Virus record (IMG/VR): IMGVR_UViG_3300021091_000080
Location: 1 to 60,664 of that record
Strand: one strand, 5' to 3'
Origin: a virus
Lineage: Duplodnaviria > Caudoviricetes
Length of the DNA: 60,664 nucleotides
Under the pieces are notes generated by a model. The model saw only the letters and a program-made list of their open reading frames with translations. It searched no databases and had not been told where the DNA came from. Below are positions 29,370-39,375 of the stretch, piece after piece; positions within the stretch are counted from its first letter, which is position 1, and every line of letters starts with the position of its first letter. The translations under genes were made by a program, and so were the position numbers.

Positions 29370-32300
29370 TAAGAAGCTACTGCTCTAATGTCCTGAACTT
29401 TAGGAACAAAAATTGGATCATCTGACTTCATAACCACCTTGATAGCAAAAGAATTAAACTCTGGCAATTCCGAAATATTATAAGTTAACTCTTGATAATC
29501 TTCTTGTCTATCTGTAGTTGGCGATACATTATTAGCAGGTGTTGCAACTACATCATTATTTGGAGATCCATCGTTATTAAAATATGTCCAATCAATATCT
29601 TCAAGATTTTTTTGTGATCCTGTTTCTTTAATTTTGTAAAGAATTTTTATATTATCAATATCTTTCACATTAACTGTGGTTCTAACATCAATAGCAGTTC
29701 CAGGATTATTAATTACAACTTCTTTAGTAACATATTTTGCAAGAGCAGAACTATTTCTAGATGCGGTCTCTGGAACATAAGTTACACCAGTTGTGAAGTT
29801 CATAGCAGAAACTTTAACATATTGTTCTTCACCACTTGAAATGCCGTCATAATATAATATATCTCCAACTCTAAAAATGTCTGGTGATTGATTTGCTGTA
29901 ACTGGTGCTCTTGAGAAAGCACTACCTAAAGTAATTTCGCTGGTATAATCAGAATTAATAGGTAACTTATCATTTTCAACAGTTAGTTGCTTAGCAACAG
30001 GATCCCAATCAATAATTTTTCCAGTAATTACATTATCATATTTTTGAGTAACAGCACTTGGATTGAAAGCAACAACTGTAGTTCCTTCAGTAAATGAAAA
30101 TGTTTTTTGCAAAGTAGATACAACTGTAACTGTTGAACTTTGTAAATTTCCACCAGTTGCTGACTGTGTTCCAAATATTAGTCTTTCACTGGTTAAGAAA
30201 GTTCCTTCTGTAGTAAGTTGAACCCAAATATAGTTACCAGTAGATACATAACCAAGAACTTTTCCTCTTGTACCAGAAGTTGCTCCTTGTACAGTTTGAT
30301 TTGCATCAACAGCAGTAGTTGAATTACCACTGATATTTACTCTATACACAGGCAAGAATTTTAATACCTGATATCTCTTTCCAAATCTATCTTCTTTACC
30401 TGCAGCATTTTCAATTCTATTGGTTGCTGTTTTAATAGAAGAAACACTCAAATCAATTACTGGGGATAAGTTATCGGCAGTAGATGAAAGGTTAAATTTA
30501 TAAAGCAATGAGTTCTGTAGAGTATTTAAAGTTTGATTTATTCTAGATGCAATTACTTTTTGATTTAAGAAGTAATGAGTTTCATTTAAGAATGTAGTTT
30601 CATAATCAGATTGAGAATATGTCAAGTAATTAGTAGTATTTGAATCTACAGGAATAATATTAGTAGTCTTAACTTCAGATCTGATAGAAGTACCTGATGG
30701 TTGAATATAACTTACATGAGCAAATAATCTTTCAAACTTTCTATTATATGATGCCAATACTGCTTTTCCTCCACCAATAGCATTTGCGCTTGCTCTGGTT
30801 GGACCAACGATTGTATAATTATCTAATCCAGAATTTGAAATTCTAAACAAAGTATTATTCAAAACAGTAGATGTAAATCCACCAACATCTTGTGTAGATT
30901 TATAGAAAACATATGATTTTCCAGAAGTTTCAAAACCATGATCTCTATGAGAAATTCTTACGATAGAATTATTGTTCTTAAATAGAGGAGAAGTCGCATT
31001 TGTATTAGCAAGAGCATAAGTTTCAAATGGATCGCTATCTATTTGTTCATATCCAAGATTTTGATTTGTAACAATCAAAGTTCCAGAACGAGTTGTATCA
31101 AACCTAGCTCTGTATAAAGTAAATTTAATATCTTCTAGAAGATCTTCAGTCCAGTTATTAGTATTCTGCGATCTATAAACAGATCCTAGAAGTGGTTGAA
31201 CAGTTACAGCAGTTCCAGTTGCAAGATCAGTTTCTGTAAGTCTAGATGCATAAACTTCGTAATCGACAGAATCTGTTTCAATTACAAGAGCATAATCTGT
31301 ATTATTTTGTAAATATACGGGGTGTTCAAATTCAAATTTTGTAGGAACAGTAGATGCTGTTACACCAACTACATCTGTTGCAATTCCCATTCTCACAGCA
31401 TAATCCGTAATTTCAATGACAGATTCAATTACTGCTCCACCTGCTCCAGCACCATTTCCTCTTACAACAACTGAAGGTGGTTCTGTATAACCATTTCCAG
31501 AAATTTGAATTTCTGCATTATAAATTTTTCCTCCAGAAACATTAATCGATCCTGTAGCAGTACTGCATCCTGGTTGTTGAGGACTTTCAATTGTAATTAC
31601 TCCACTGTCGTAATTTATTCCAACATTAGTAATTTTAAGATCTACTACCTTACCAGAATTTTTAGTAATAGTTAATGTCAAAGAAGTTCCATTTGCAGCA
31701 TTGAAAGCAATTAGAGAAGCAATATCCAATATCTCATTTTGAATAAATGTAGTTCCATTATGATTGTTTAAAGCAAGTGTGTAAACTTGATCTGATGACA
31801 ACGCTACAACACCTGTGGAAGAAGGAACTACAACATTTAAATTTTTATCTAATACTTGTAATAGTGGACCAGCAGCACCAGAGTTTCTTCCTGTAATTCT
31901 TTCTCCAATTGTAATATTTAAGTTTGAACTTGCAACTACTCTTAAATAAGTGTTTGGATTTTTTGCACAAACAGATCCAGGAACAATATTTTTTCCTGGT
32001 TTTCCAACACTTGTATCTGTGATATAAACACGTAGAGGAACAGTTGCACTCTTCCTCTTAAAGAAAAGATCTACAGCAGTTGCAAAACATCCACCAGTTT
32101 GTCCCTCAACAGTAAATGTTTGAGATAATGGATTTGGTTTTTGTCTATTGCTAGTTGATACATCGACAATTTGTGTTCCTTCATTTGCTTTAAATTCAGC
32201 AGGAACAGTAGATACAATAGATGCTGGATTTTCTGGAAGAGCACCAGTTGCATAATACTTAATCTCAGTATAACTTTCGACAGTATCTTTACTTTCATCT

Positions 32301-35300
32301 GTAGAACTAGATGTAAATCTGAGTGTTCTAATACCAGTTGTATATCTTAATTGAGTAGCAGCAGTATCATATGTTACTGTTTTTACATCTCCAGTCCAAG
32401 TTGCACCTGCGGTTGGAGGATATCCAGCAGGGATTAACAAAATACCACTTGCATTGCCATTAGCATCTGTGGTAATGTTATTACCGAAACTAGATAATGA
32501 ATTTGAAGGAACACCAGTATACCTAATATCAGGATTAATCCATCTTCCAATATCTCTTCCATCCATGAAAACGTAGAAACGAGTGTTTGGCTTCAATCTT
32601 GTTAAGTTATACTTAACAGGAATACTTCTCATAAAGAATTGTACGGAGGAAATAATAGAATTACCATTTCTAGTCTCATTTGAGACACCACGAGCAGTTT
32701 CGTTATTATATGGACTAATATTTGAAGAACTCGCAACAGAAGCAACAATAACTGTTGTCGCAGCAGATGCACTAGTATTGTTAAGTGGTGTGATATTGAA
32801 GAATGATCTGTTTGATCCTATCCAATTAACAACAAATGAATTAAAGTAACTTGCGATAGCTTCTTTAGAATTATCTTTTCTAGCTGTATAGAAAGAATAT
32901 AAATTTGTATTATCTTCAGATACTAAAGGTGTTACAGAAGTATCAAACCATTGATCTACAGAAGGTGATAGTTTTCCATCTCCAACAAATTGAACAATAA
33001 CAAAAGGATTTGGATTCAAAATTTTTGTTGCAGAATTGTTTCCAAGAAGTCTTGTAGAAGTATATGGTAAAGTAACAATACTACCAGATTTTTTATAATG
33101 ATTTGTTACTCTCTCATCTTCTCTAGTATTTAATTCTACTAGATTAAAACAATCTTCTTTTGATTGTGCTCTTAAAGTAGATTGCTGTGTATCTATTGAG
33201 CATCTATAATCATTTGATTTAATATTTCCTACTGAATGAGTTTCAAAATTATCCACAATGAAACCACTCTTAAATCTGTCTAATCCAATATCATCTTTAA
33301 CTTGCATGTTTAATGCTTGTTGTTCTAGAATACTCAAAGTTGTATAGTACTCTAAACGCTCTATACGCTTCTCTAGTTTTCCAATATCGCGCATCGTATA
33401 ACGCTTATTATCAACTGGAATTAGGCGAACATCTTCACTTAATTTTGTAAATGCTGGGACATACAAATAATATAAAGGAATAGAATTCTCAATTGTTTCT
33501 GGTTTTGATGGATTTAATGAAGAATTTCCAGATCTAATTTCAAATTGACCGTTGGTTTTTAAGAATACCCCATCAATTCTATCAAGATATTTTGTTTCGC
33601 TAAAAGAAAATGTGTATGAAATATTTAAATCTGAAGCGGGACAACTAGAAGAAACGCCACCATCTCCATTGAAATTAGCATAATCAGAAGTAGACAGTAT
33701 GGTGCTATTTTGGAAACCAGAAATTAAAGTATCATTGTCTACTTTTGGTCTAAAATCAATAACATCTTTTAATGAAACAATTCCGTGTACTGATGAATTG
33801 AAAGATGGAACTTCTTCAGCTAAAACTCCTGCTTCATGTAGATAACTATCTACTGTGCAAAAATCTCCTTGAGAATGCTCAAAATAATCAAATGCTACTA
33901 CTAATTGCCCAGTTGGAGCAGGACTTCCTGGTTTTAATATTATTCTTGAGACATCATAAAAAGTATCTCTTTGACCATCATCAAAAATAAAATTATTGGT
34001 AACATCAGTTCCAGAAATTAGTCTTCCATTTGTATCTACTTGAGGAGGATTAGTTGAAGATCCTTCATAAACATATCTAAGATTATAAACATCAGAGAAA
34101 GAATAAATGTTTACATCGGAAGTATCATAATCTTGACCTCTTAATGGAATATTTTTGTCTCCGCCAGAGACAATAACCAATCTCTTATTTTTAACAGAAG
34201 TTTTTAATCTTGGTTTTGCTTTAGTAACTTCAATAGTAGCACTTAGTTTTAGTACAGGGAAATTGCTACTAATAGATCCAAAATAGTCGCTTGGAAGATT
34301 AATTGTGACGCTACCAGCACTTACTGTGCTAGTTGTAGATGAAGAAGTTCGAACATTTACGAACGAAGGATCAATATAAACAATATCGCCATTCTCTACT
34401 ACTGTTGAACTTCCTTTGCTTAAAACAGTTATAATATAATTATTTTCAGTAAATTCTGTAAATCTTTGTGTTCCAAAAGTCAATTGTGCTACAAAGGTTA
34501 ATTGACCTCCAGATGATGATCCATTAATAACAAAATCTCTGCGAATATAAGTTTTGATATTAGAATCATCTTGTGTTTTAACCAGAGAACTAACTTCTTT
34601 ACTTCCAGTTGGGAAAATTAAACTATTAGTATCAGAATTTGAAACTAATGGTCTAAGCCTTACAACACTAACATTGGTAGCAATTGCAGGGAGTGATGAA
34701 TCTAGATATATTCTTGATTTTTTTGGTCCAATAGGAGGAGTTGCATATTGTACAATTACTTTGTTACTACGACCTGTCGAATCGTTAAATTGAACAATAT
34801 CACCCTGAATTAAAAATCTAGATGCATCCGCATCAAAACCATTGCATTCTAGATATTTTCTTCCTTCTTCTCCCGAAAAAGTAGAATTAGTTACAGCGAC
34901 AATCTCTGCATATGAATTATTCTGAATTTCAGAATCTGCAGAGAATTTATAAGCATTACCAGAACCATATTGAGAGAAGAATGATTTTACATTTTGAGGA
35001 GTATATGTACTAACTACATTTCTAAACATTACTGGAGTTATCTCTGCTAAAACTCCAGGAGTTGTTGTAGAAGAAGCAGTGCAAACTGGCGGTTGAGAGT
35101 AAACTGTTTGTACTGCATCTCTATTGTTAATTATAACTTTGTAAATACCTCCTCCAACTGCAGTAACTTGAATGTTGGAATTATCAAATTCAACTCCATC
35201 TATTCTTAATGTTGGTGATGTATATCCAGATCCTCTTTTAGTAACTACAAAATGTGAAATAGTATTTTCGTTAGCAATTCTTAAACTATTACCTCTCTCA

Positions 35301-37468
35301 TCAACAATAGTTTCTCCAGGCACAAATGTTCCAGAAAGAGTATTGACAAACAAATAATTGCCTGCAGAGTAAAAATTAGTAAGACCCCCTTCAATTACTC
35401 CGTAAGCTCCACTTCTAGAACCAAAAATGTAACTACCAGAAGTAAATGATGTTGAAGTAAAATTATTGGATGGTACTACACTATCAAGAAGTAGTCTTGT
35501 AAAGAAAACAGGATTGAAATGATTAAGTGAGAATATTGTATTATATGTAGATGTTCCAGAAGAAGTTCTTCCTTTAGAAATAACCTTATCAGTATTTTGA
35601 TTAAATCCAGATCCCCTTGATACTAAAGCAAAGTTTTTAGGTTTAGTAACTCCAATAATTGGTGTTATGGTTTCGTTATAATCTACAATATGACCAAACT
35701 TATTAGCAGCTGCTAAAGCATCGGATTCGGTAAGATATATATCTCTTTGATAAGTACTTGCTTGATCATCATATTCTTTTAAGAACTGCTCTATTATATT
35801 CTTTTTACCTATAACAGTAATTTCTAAATATTGAGCGGTAGAATCTACTTCTAGTCGTTTTACCTTTGAAAAAGAAAGAGTATTGACACTATCTACTGTA
35901 GATGGAGTAGTTCCAGATCTTGTTTTAATAAACCAAAGTGTACTAAATGTAGTATTAAGAGTAGTTTCAGTAACAGATGCTAAAGTATTTGTAGTGCTAG
36001 TTACTTGAATGTATATTGTTCTAATACCATCATCAATACTAAATCCAGATCCTCTTCTATTCTTAGTTTGCTTATGATCAGTAGATAATTCAGTATTGTT
36101 TAATCCAATAGATCCATCATTAAATAAAGAGTTTAAATAAATTGTTGGTGTTCCTGTTAAATCAGAACCTTCTGCATTTAAAGGAATAGATCCATACACA
36201 TTTGTAATCTTAAATTGTGATACTCCTTTTGATTTAAGAGTTACATTGTCTCTAGTTAAAGTATCTCTGGATTTATCAAAAGATACGTATTTAGTTTCCG
36301 TATTAACAATTTCATAACCCTTTACGTATGCTTTTCCAGGACCAAGAGCAGCAACTAATTTTTTGGATGCTACAGATGGAGTTAGACCATTTACTAAATT
36401 TTCATCATCTATACGATAAATTCCTAGATTATCTCCTTGCTGATAGTATTCTCGAACTTCTAGTGGAAAATTATTAACAACATAGTCGCCAGATTCGTCG
36501 TAAGTTCTTCTTGCTAATGTTGTTTCTAGTAAAGAATAATCAGCAGGTCTAATTTGCCTTTCAATTTCTCCTTGTTTAATTTTTAAAATTTGAATGAAAT
36601 TTTTATCGGTGGGCGCATTATATTCATACTTTACTAATGAAAGAGAAATTTTTAATCTATGAGCTCCAGGAGCAGAAGAATTTGAAAATCCTTTTGAATT
36701 ATCATATAAAGTTTTGTCTGCTTCTGGAGTTACAATTTCCTCTACAATATTAAAACCAATTTTTGCCGATGGTTGATCGTAGTATTTGTCTACAACTAAT
36801 AGTTCTTCATTACAACGAACAAAATATCCATTTACAAAATATACTCCTTCTTCTACCTTTACAGCAGAAGCATAACCCATAGCAAGACTTTCTATAGATG
36901 AAACTTCATCAGTTTCTGGATCAATCAAATTGATACTGGTAGGAAGAACACTTCCATCTGTTCCTACTACTAATAGAGGAGTATTTACTCCATCAATTAC
37001 TTCTAGAGTTTCACCTTGCCTAAATGTTCTTTCGTCTGAAGAGTTGCCACTACCAATATACTTAACATAGATAACTTCAGATTGTGTTTCTGTACCATAC
37101 TCTACTGCTAGTACAGATGCCTCAACTCCAGAATTTACTCCTTGAAGTCTTGTCCCTACTAATTTTTTAATATCATATTTTTGATATACTATTTCACCGT
37201 CAACATTAAGAGGAACTTCTGACACAGAAGAAAGTTTTACATAATTTAAACGCTTGTTTAAACCAACTTCTCCAGGAACAACTAAATCTCCTTGCTTAAA
37301 CTGAAATCTGCCATAACTTTCAATTTGATTTTGAAGTATAGACTGAATCGAAGTTAACTCTCTGGTCTGGATAGAATACCCAGACCTAAAGAGAACTTTA
37401 TAAAAGTTTTTTGCACGGTCAAAGTCGTCGTAATATGGAGCTACATTGAGATTAGTCTTCTGTGGCAT
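29366..37468 (-). CDS. VrlC-like (DUF4815) virion structural protein
   Basis: NLNVAPYYDDF, QTRELT..QSILQNQIE, APGAHRL, ARRTYDESGDY and RYTMRDIGKLEKRIERLEYYT motifs. Confidence 0.92.
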   Translation of the reverse strand: MPQKTNLNVAPYYDDFDRAKNFYKVLFRSGYSIQTRELTSIQSILQNQIESYGRFQFKQGDLVVPGEVGLNKRLNYVKLSSVSEVPLNVDGEIVYQKYDIKKLVGTRLQGVNSGVEASVLAVEYGTETQSEVIYVKYIGSGNSSDERTFRQGETLEVIDGVNTPLLVVGTDGSVLPTSINLIDPETDEVSSIESLAMGYASAVKVEEGVYFVNGYFVRCNEELLVVDKYYDQPSAKIGFNIVEEIVTPEADKTLYDNSKGFSNSSAPGAHRLKISLSLVKYEYNAPTDKNFIQILKIKQGEIERQIRPADYSLLETTLARRTYDESGDYVVNNFPLEVREYYQQGDNLGIYRIDDENLVNGLTPSVASKKLVAALGPGKAYVKGYEIVNTETKYVSFDKSRDTLTRDNVTLKSKGVSQFKITNVYGSIPLNAEGSDLTGTPTIYLNSLFNDGSIGLNNTELSTDHKQTKNRRGSGFSIDDGIRTIYIQVTSTTNTLASVTETTLNTTFSTLWFIKTRSGTTPSTVDSVNTLSFSKVKRLEVDSTAQYLEITVIGKKNIIEQFLKEYDDQASTYQRDIYLTESDALAAANKFGHIVDYNETITPIIGVTKPKNFALVSRGSGFNQNTDKVISKGRTSSGTSTYNTIFSLNHFNPVFFTRLLLDSVVPSNNFTSTSFTSGSYIFGSRSGAYGVIEGGLTNFYSAGNYLFVNTLSGTFVPGETIVDERGNSLRIANENTISHFVVTKRGSGYTSPTLRIDGVEFDNSNIQVTAVGGGIYKVIINNRDAVQTVYSQPPVCTASSTTTPGVLAEITPVMFRNVVSTYTPQNVKSFFSQYGSGNAYKFSADSEIQNNSYAEIVAVTNSTFSGEEGRKYLECNGFDADASRFLIQGDIVQFNDSTGRSNKVIVQYATPPIGPKKSRIYLDSSLPAIATNVSVVRLRPLVSNSDTNSLIFPTGSKEVSSLVKTQDDSNIKTYIRRDFVINGSSSGGQLTFVAQLTFGTQRFTEFTENNYIITVLSKGSSTVVENGDIVYIDPSFVNVRTSSSTTSTVSAGSVTINLPSDYFGSISSNFPVLKLSATIEVTKAKPRLKTSVKNKRLVIVSGGDKNIPLRGQDYDTSDVNIYSFSDVYNLRYVYEGSSTNPPQVDTNGRLISGTDVTNNFIFDDGQRDTFYDVSRIILKPGSPAPTGQLVVAFDYFEHSQGDFCTVDSYLHEAGVLAEEVPSFNSSVHGIVSLKDVIDFRPKVDNDTLISGFQNSTILSTSDYANFNGDGGVSSSCPASDLNISYTFSFSETKYLDRIDGVFLKTNGQFEIRSGNSSLNPSKPETIENSIPLYYLYVPAFTKLSEDVRLIPVDNKRYTMRDIGKLEKRIERLEYYTTLSILEQQALNMQVKDDIGLDRFKSGFIVDNFETHSVGNIKSNDYRCSIDTQQSTLRAQSKEDCFNLVELNTREDERVTNHYKKSGSIVTLPYTSTRLLGNNSATKILNPNPFVIVQFVGDGKLSPSVDQWFDTSVTPLVSEDNTNLYSFYTARKDNSKEAIASYFNSFVVNWIGSNRSFFNITPLNNTSASAATTVIVASVASSSNISPYNNETARGVSNETRNGNSIISSVQFFMRSIPVKYNLTRLKPNTRFYVFMDGRDIGRWINPDIRYTGVPSNSLSSFGNNITTDANGNASGILLIPAGYPPTAGATWTGDVKTVTYDTAATQLRYTTGIRTLRFTSSSTDESKDTVESYTEIKYYATGALPENPASIVSTVPAEFKANEGTQIVDVSTSNRQKPNPLSQTFTVEGQTGGCFATAVDLFFKRKSATVPLRVYITDTSVGKPGKNIVPGSVCAKNPNTYLRVVASSNLNITIGERITGRNSGAAGPLLQVLDKNLNVVVPSSTGVVALSSDQVYTLALNNHNGTTFIQNEILDIASLIAFNAANGTSLTLTITKNSGKVVDLKITNVGINYDSGVITIESPQQPGCSTATGSINVSGGKIYNAEIQISGNGYTEPPSVVVRGNGAGAGGAVIESVIEITDYAVRMGIATDVVGVTASTVPTKFEFEHPVYLQNNTDYALVIETDSVDYEVYASRLTETDLATGTAVTVQPLLGSVYRSQNTNNWTEDLLEDIKFTLYRARFDTTRSGTLIVTNQNLGYEQIDSDPFETYALANTNATSPLFKNNNSIVRISHRDHGFETSGKSYVFYKSTQDVGGFTSTVLNNTLFRISNSGLDNYTIVGPTRASANAIGGGKAVLASYNRKFERLFAHVSYIQPSGTSIRSEVKTTNIIPVDSNTTNYLTYSQSDYETTFLNETHYFLNQKVIASRINQTLNTLQNSLLYKFNLSSTADNLSPVIDLSVSSIKTATNRIENAAGKEDRFGKRYQVLKFLPVYRVNISGNSTTAVDANQTVQGATSGTRGKVLGYVSTGNYIWVQLTTEGTFLTSERLIFGTQSATGGNLQSSTVTVVSTLQKTFSFTEGTTVVAFNPSAVTQKYDNVITGKIIDWDPVAKQLTVENDKLPINSDYTSEITLGSAFSRAPVTANQSPDIFRVGDILYYDGISSGEEQYVKVSAMNFTTGVTYVPETASRNSSALAKYVTKEVVINNPGTAIDVRTTVNVKDIDNIKILYKIKETGSQKNLEDIDWTYFNNDGSPNNDVVATPANNVSPTTDRQEDYQELTYNISELPEFNSFAIKVVMKSDDPIFVPKVQDIRAVASY

Positions 37469-37499
37469 TGTACATTAACCTGGAGAATATTGTAACTAA

Positions 37500-39323
37500 T
37501 CAGAACTCAATAACTAGTTTGATGTCTTCAATCTGGTCAGGAGCACGTGTGATTAGTCTTCTATTCTCTATGTATATAAGTTCTCCAGAGTTATTTGCAA
37601 TTTCTGGTGTCGCTAGACCGCTTACAAATGTAACATTCTGAGCATTGCCATTTAGTGCTGTGGTTACGGTTCCAGAGGCAAGAGAAGTTGCTCCAGCAAT
37701 AGCATTAGAGGCATTGCTTTCAAATGCTCTTACAACTCCATTATCAGCGTGCTCAGAAGGTGTTTGAATATACTTTAAAACACCCGCAGTTGTAGAACCG
37801 CTATCTAACTGCCAAGATACTACAGTACCATATGCAGTACCTCCAGTTACAGTCTGAGAAATTCTTTCATCGGGGAAATAATTAGCAGTTGCTGCATTAA
37901 TCTTAACTGAATAAAGACCGTTCAAAGTATCTAGCGTTGCAAAAGTAGTAGTTCCATAGTTATATGGATCCTTAATCAAACCAATACGACGGAAATCGTT
38001 ATCTACAGGGAAATCACCGCTACCTTCTGCAAAGGTTAATCGAATGTTAAGCATTACTCGCTTACCATTTAGTTCTTCTTCAAAGTTGGAACCATGTCCA
38101 CCCTGAGGAGGAAGAACTACTTCCAGTGCTCCAGTTGCAGTAGCTCCAACGGTAACACTTGTAGTTAATCCAGTATTTGAGAATAATCCGAGAGCAGTGG
38201 CACCAGATCCAGTACCAGTTACAAGAGGTACACTAGCATAAGTATAACCAGAACCAGCAGCAGTTACTGTTACGCTTGTAATTGCTCCAGAAGCAACTAC
38301 AATGCTAACTTTACCACCAGTACCATCCCCAATAATTGGTGCATAATGAGTACCATTTGGAAGATTTGCACCTGCACTTTCCGCCAATACAACATCAATA
38401 GCACCTGCTACTGCCGCCGCCTCTACAGCAACACGGGTAGTATTCGTTTTTGATACGATAGGCATAAAATCTGTAGAGAGGAAGCGAAGCACATCATCAG
38501 TTGGCATGGTATACATATACTTCCAAACATATCCATTTGCTCCTGGCTCGTTGAATATACCAGCAGAGTAAGTTCCTTGACCTGCAGCTGGAGTAGTTTT
38601 TGGTTCATATTGAGCATTTGCATAAGCAGTCGAATTAAACTGTCCATTATACAAACACTTGAATACTTCGTAGTTGCTATTAATTACATAATATTTTGCA
38701 TCAGCAATTGAACTAGCATTTGTTGCTGTTGGCTTACCAATTTGACCGCCCCCACCAGGAGTTGCAGAGTAGTCAGGTTTCCACATATCAAAGTATGGGT
38801 TAGCAACAAGATCCCAATTGTAGCGACGAATTACCGATCTTGCAAATGAATCTGTAATTCTCTTAGCAGCAATGATATCATCATAAATATCAAACTTTTC
38901 TGTTTGATTATCTAGAGGAACAGGTGGAGTATTTTCATCGGCATATCTGTATACACCGCTAAGTGCTTGAGCACCAGTGTCTGCAGTTCCATTCCATCCT
39001 TTAATTGTTGATCCAACAGCAGGAGATGAAGTAATAGCAGGACCAACGTTGAAAACTAGAAGACTATTTGGAAGTACTTTTCTAATTGTTGCTTTCCAAG
39101 TAGCAGCAGCGTATGAAGAACCAACATAAACTTCATTACCAACAGCAAATGCAGTGCTATTTCTGTTGTAAATTTCAACAAATGCATCCCATCCTTGGGG
39201 ACGACCAACAAAAAAGTACATTCTAGTTCTTTCAACGCTAGTATCGGTAGCGCCTTCTGAAAGTGATTCTAGGAACTGTGTCGCATTAAAAATTCTAAAC
39301 TTTTCCGAGATAATAGCAGCCAT
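37500..39323 (-). CDS. gp8: Baseplate wedge protein
   Basis: MAAIISEKFRIFNA, YEVFKCLYN, GYVWKYMY and IYIENR...EDIKLVIEF motifs. Confidence 0.93.
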   Translation of the reverse strand: MAAIISEKFRIFNATQFLESLSEGATDTSVERTRMYFFVGRPQGWDAFVEIYNRNSTAFAVGNEVYVGSSYAAATWKATIRKVLPNSLLVFNVGPAITSSPAVGSTIKGWNGTADTGAQALSGVYRYADENTPPVPLDNQTEKFDIYDDIIAAKRITDSFARSVIRRYNWDLVANPYFDMWKPDYSATPGGGGQIGKPTATNASSIADAKYYVINSNYEVFKCLYNGQFNSTAYANAQYEPKTTPAAGQGTYSAGIFNEPGANGYVWKYMYTMPTDDVLRFLSTDFMPIVSKTNTTRVAVEAAAVAGAIDVVLAESAGANLPNGTHYAPIIGDGTGGKVSIVVASGAITSVTVTAAGSGYTYASVPLVTGTGSGATALGLFSNTGLTTSVTVGATATGALEVVLPPQGGHGSNFEEELNGKRVMLNIRLTFAEGSGDFPVDNDFRRIGLIKDPYNYGTTTFATLDTLNGLYSVKINAATANYFPDERISQTVTGGTAYGTVVSWQLDSGSTTAGVLKYIQTPSEHADNGVVRAFESNASNAIAGATSLASGTVTTALNGNAQNVTFVSGLATPEIANNSGELIYIENRRLITRAPDQIEDIKLVIEF

Positions 39324-39356
39324 TTAATGTTCTCTCTTATGAAAATTTTCTTAAGT

Positions 39357-39370
39357 TATTTATATTTATA
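39357..39370 (-). promoter_or_regulatory. Two overlapping late promoters TATAAATA upstream of gp8
   Basis: tatttata at 39357-39364 and 39363-39370. Confidence 0.7.
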
Positions 39371-39375
39371 AGCGT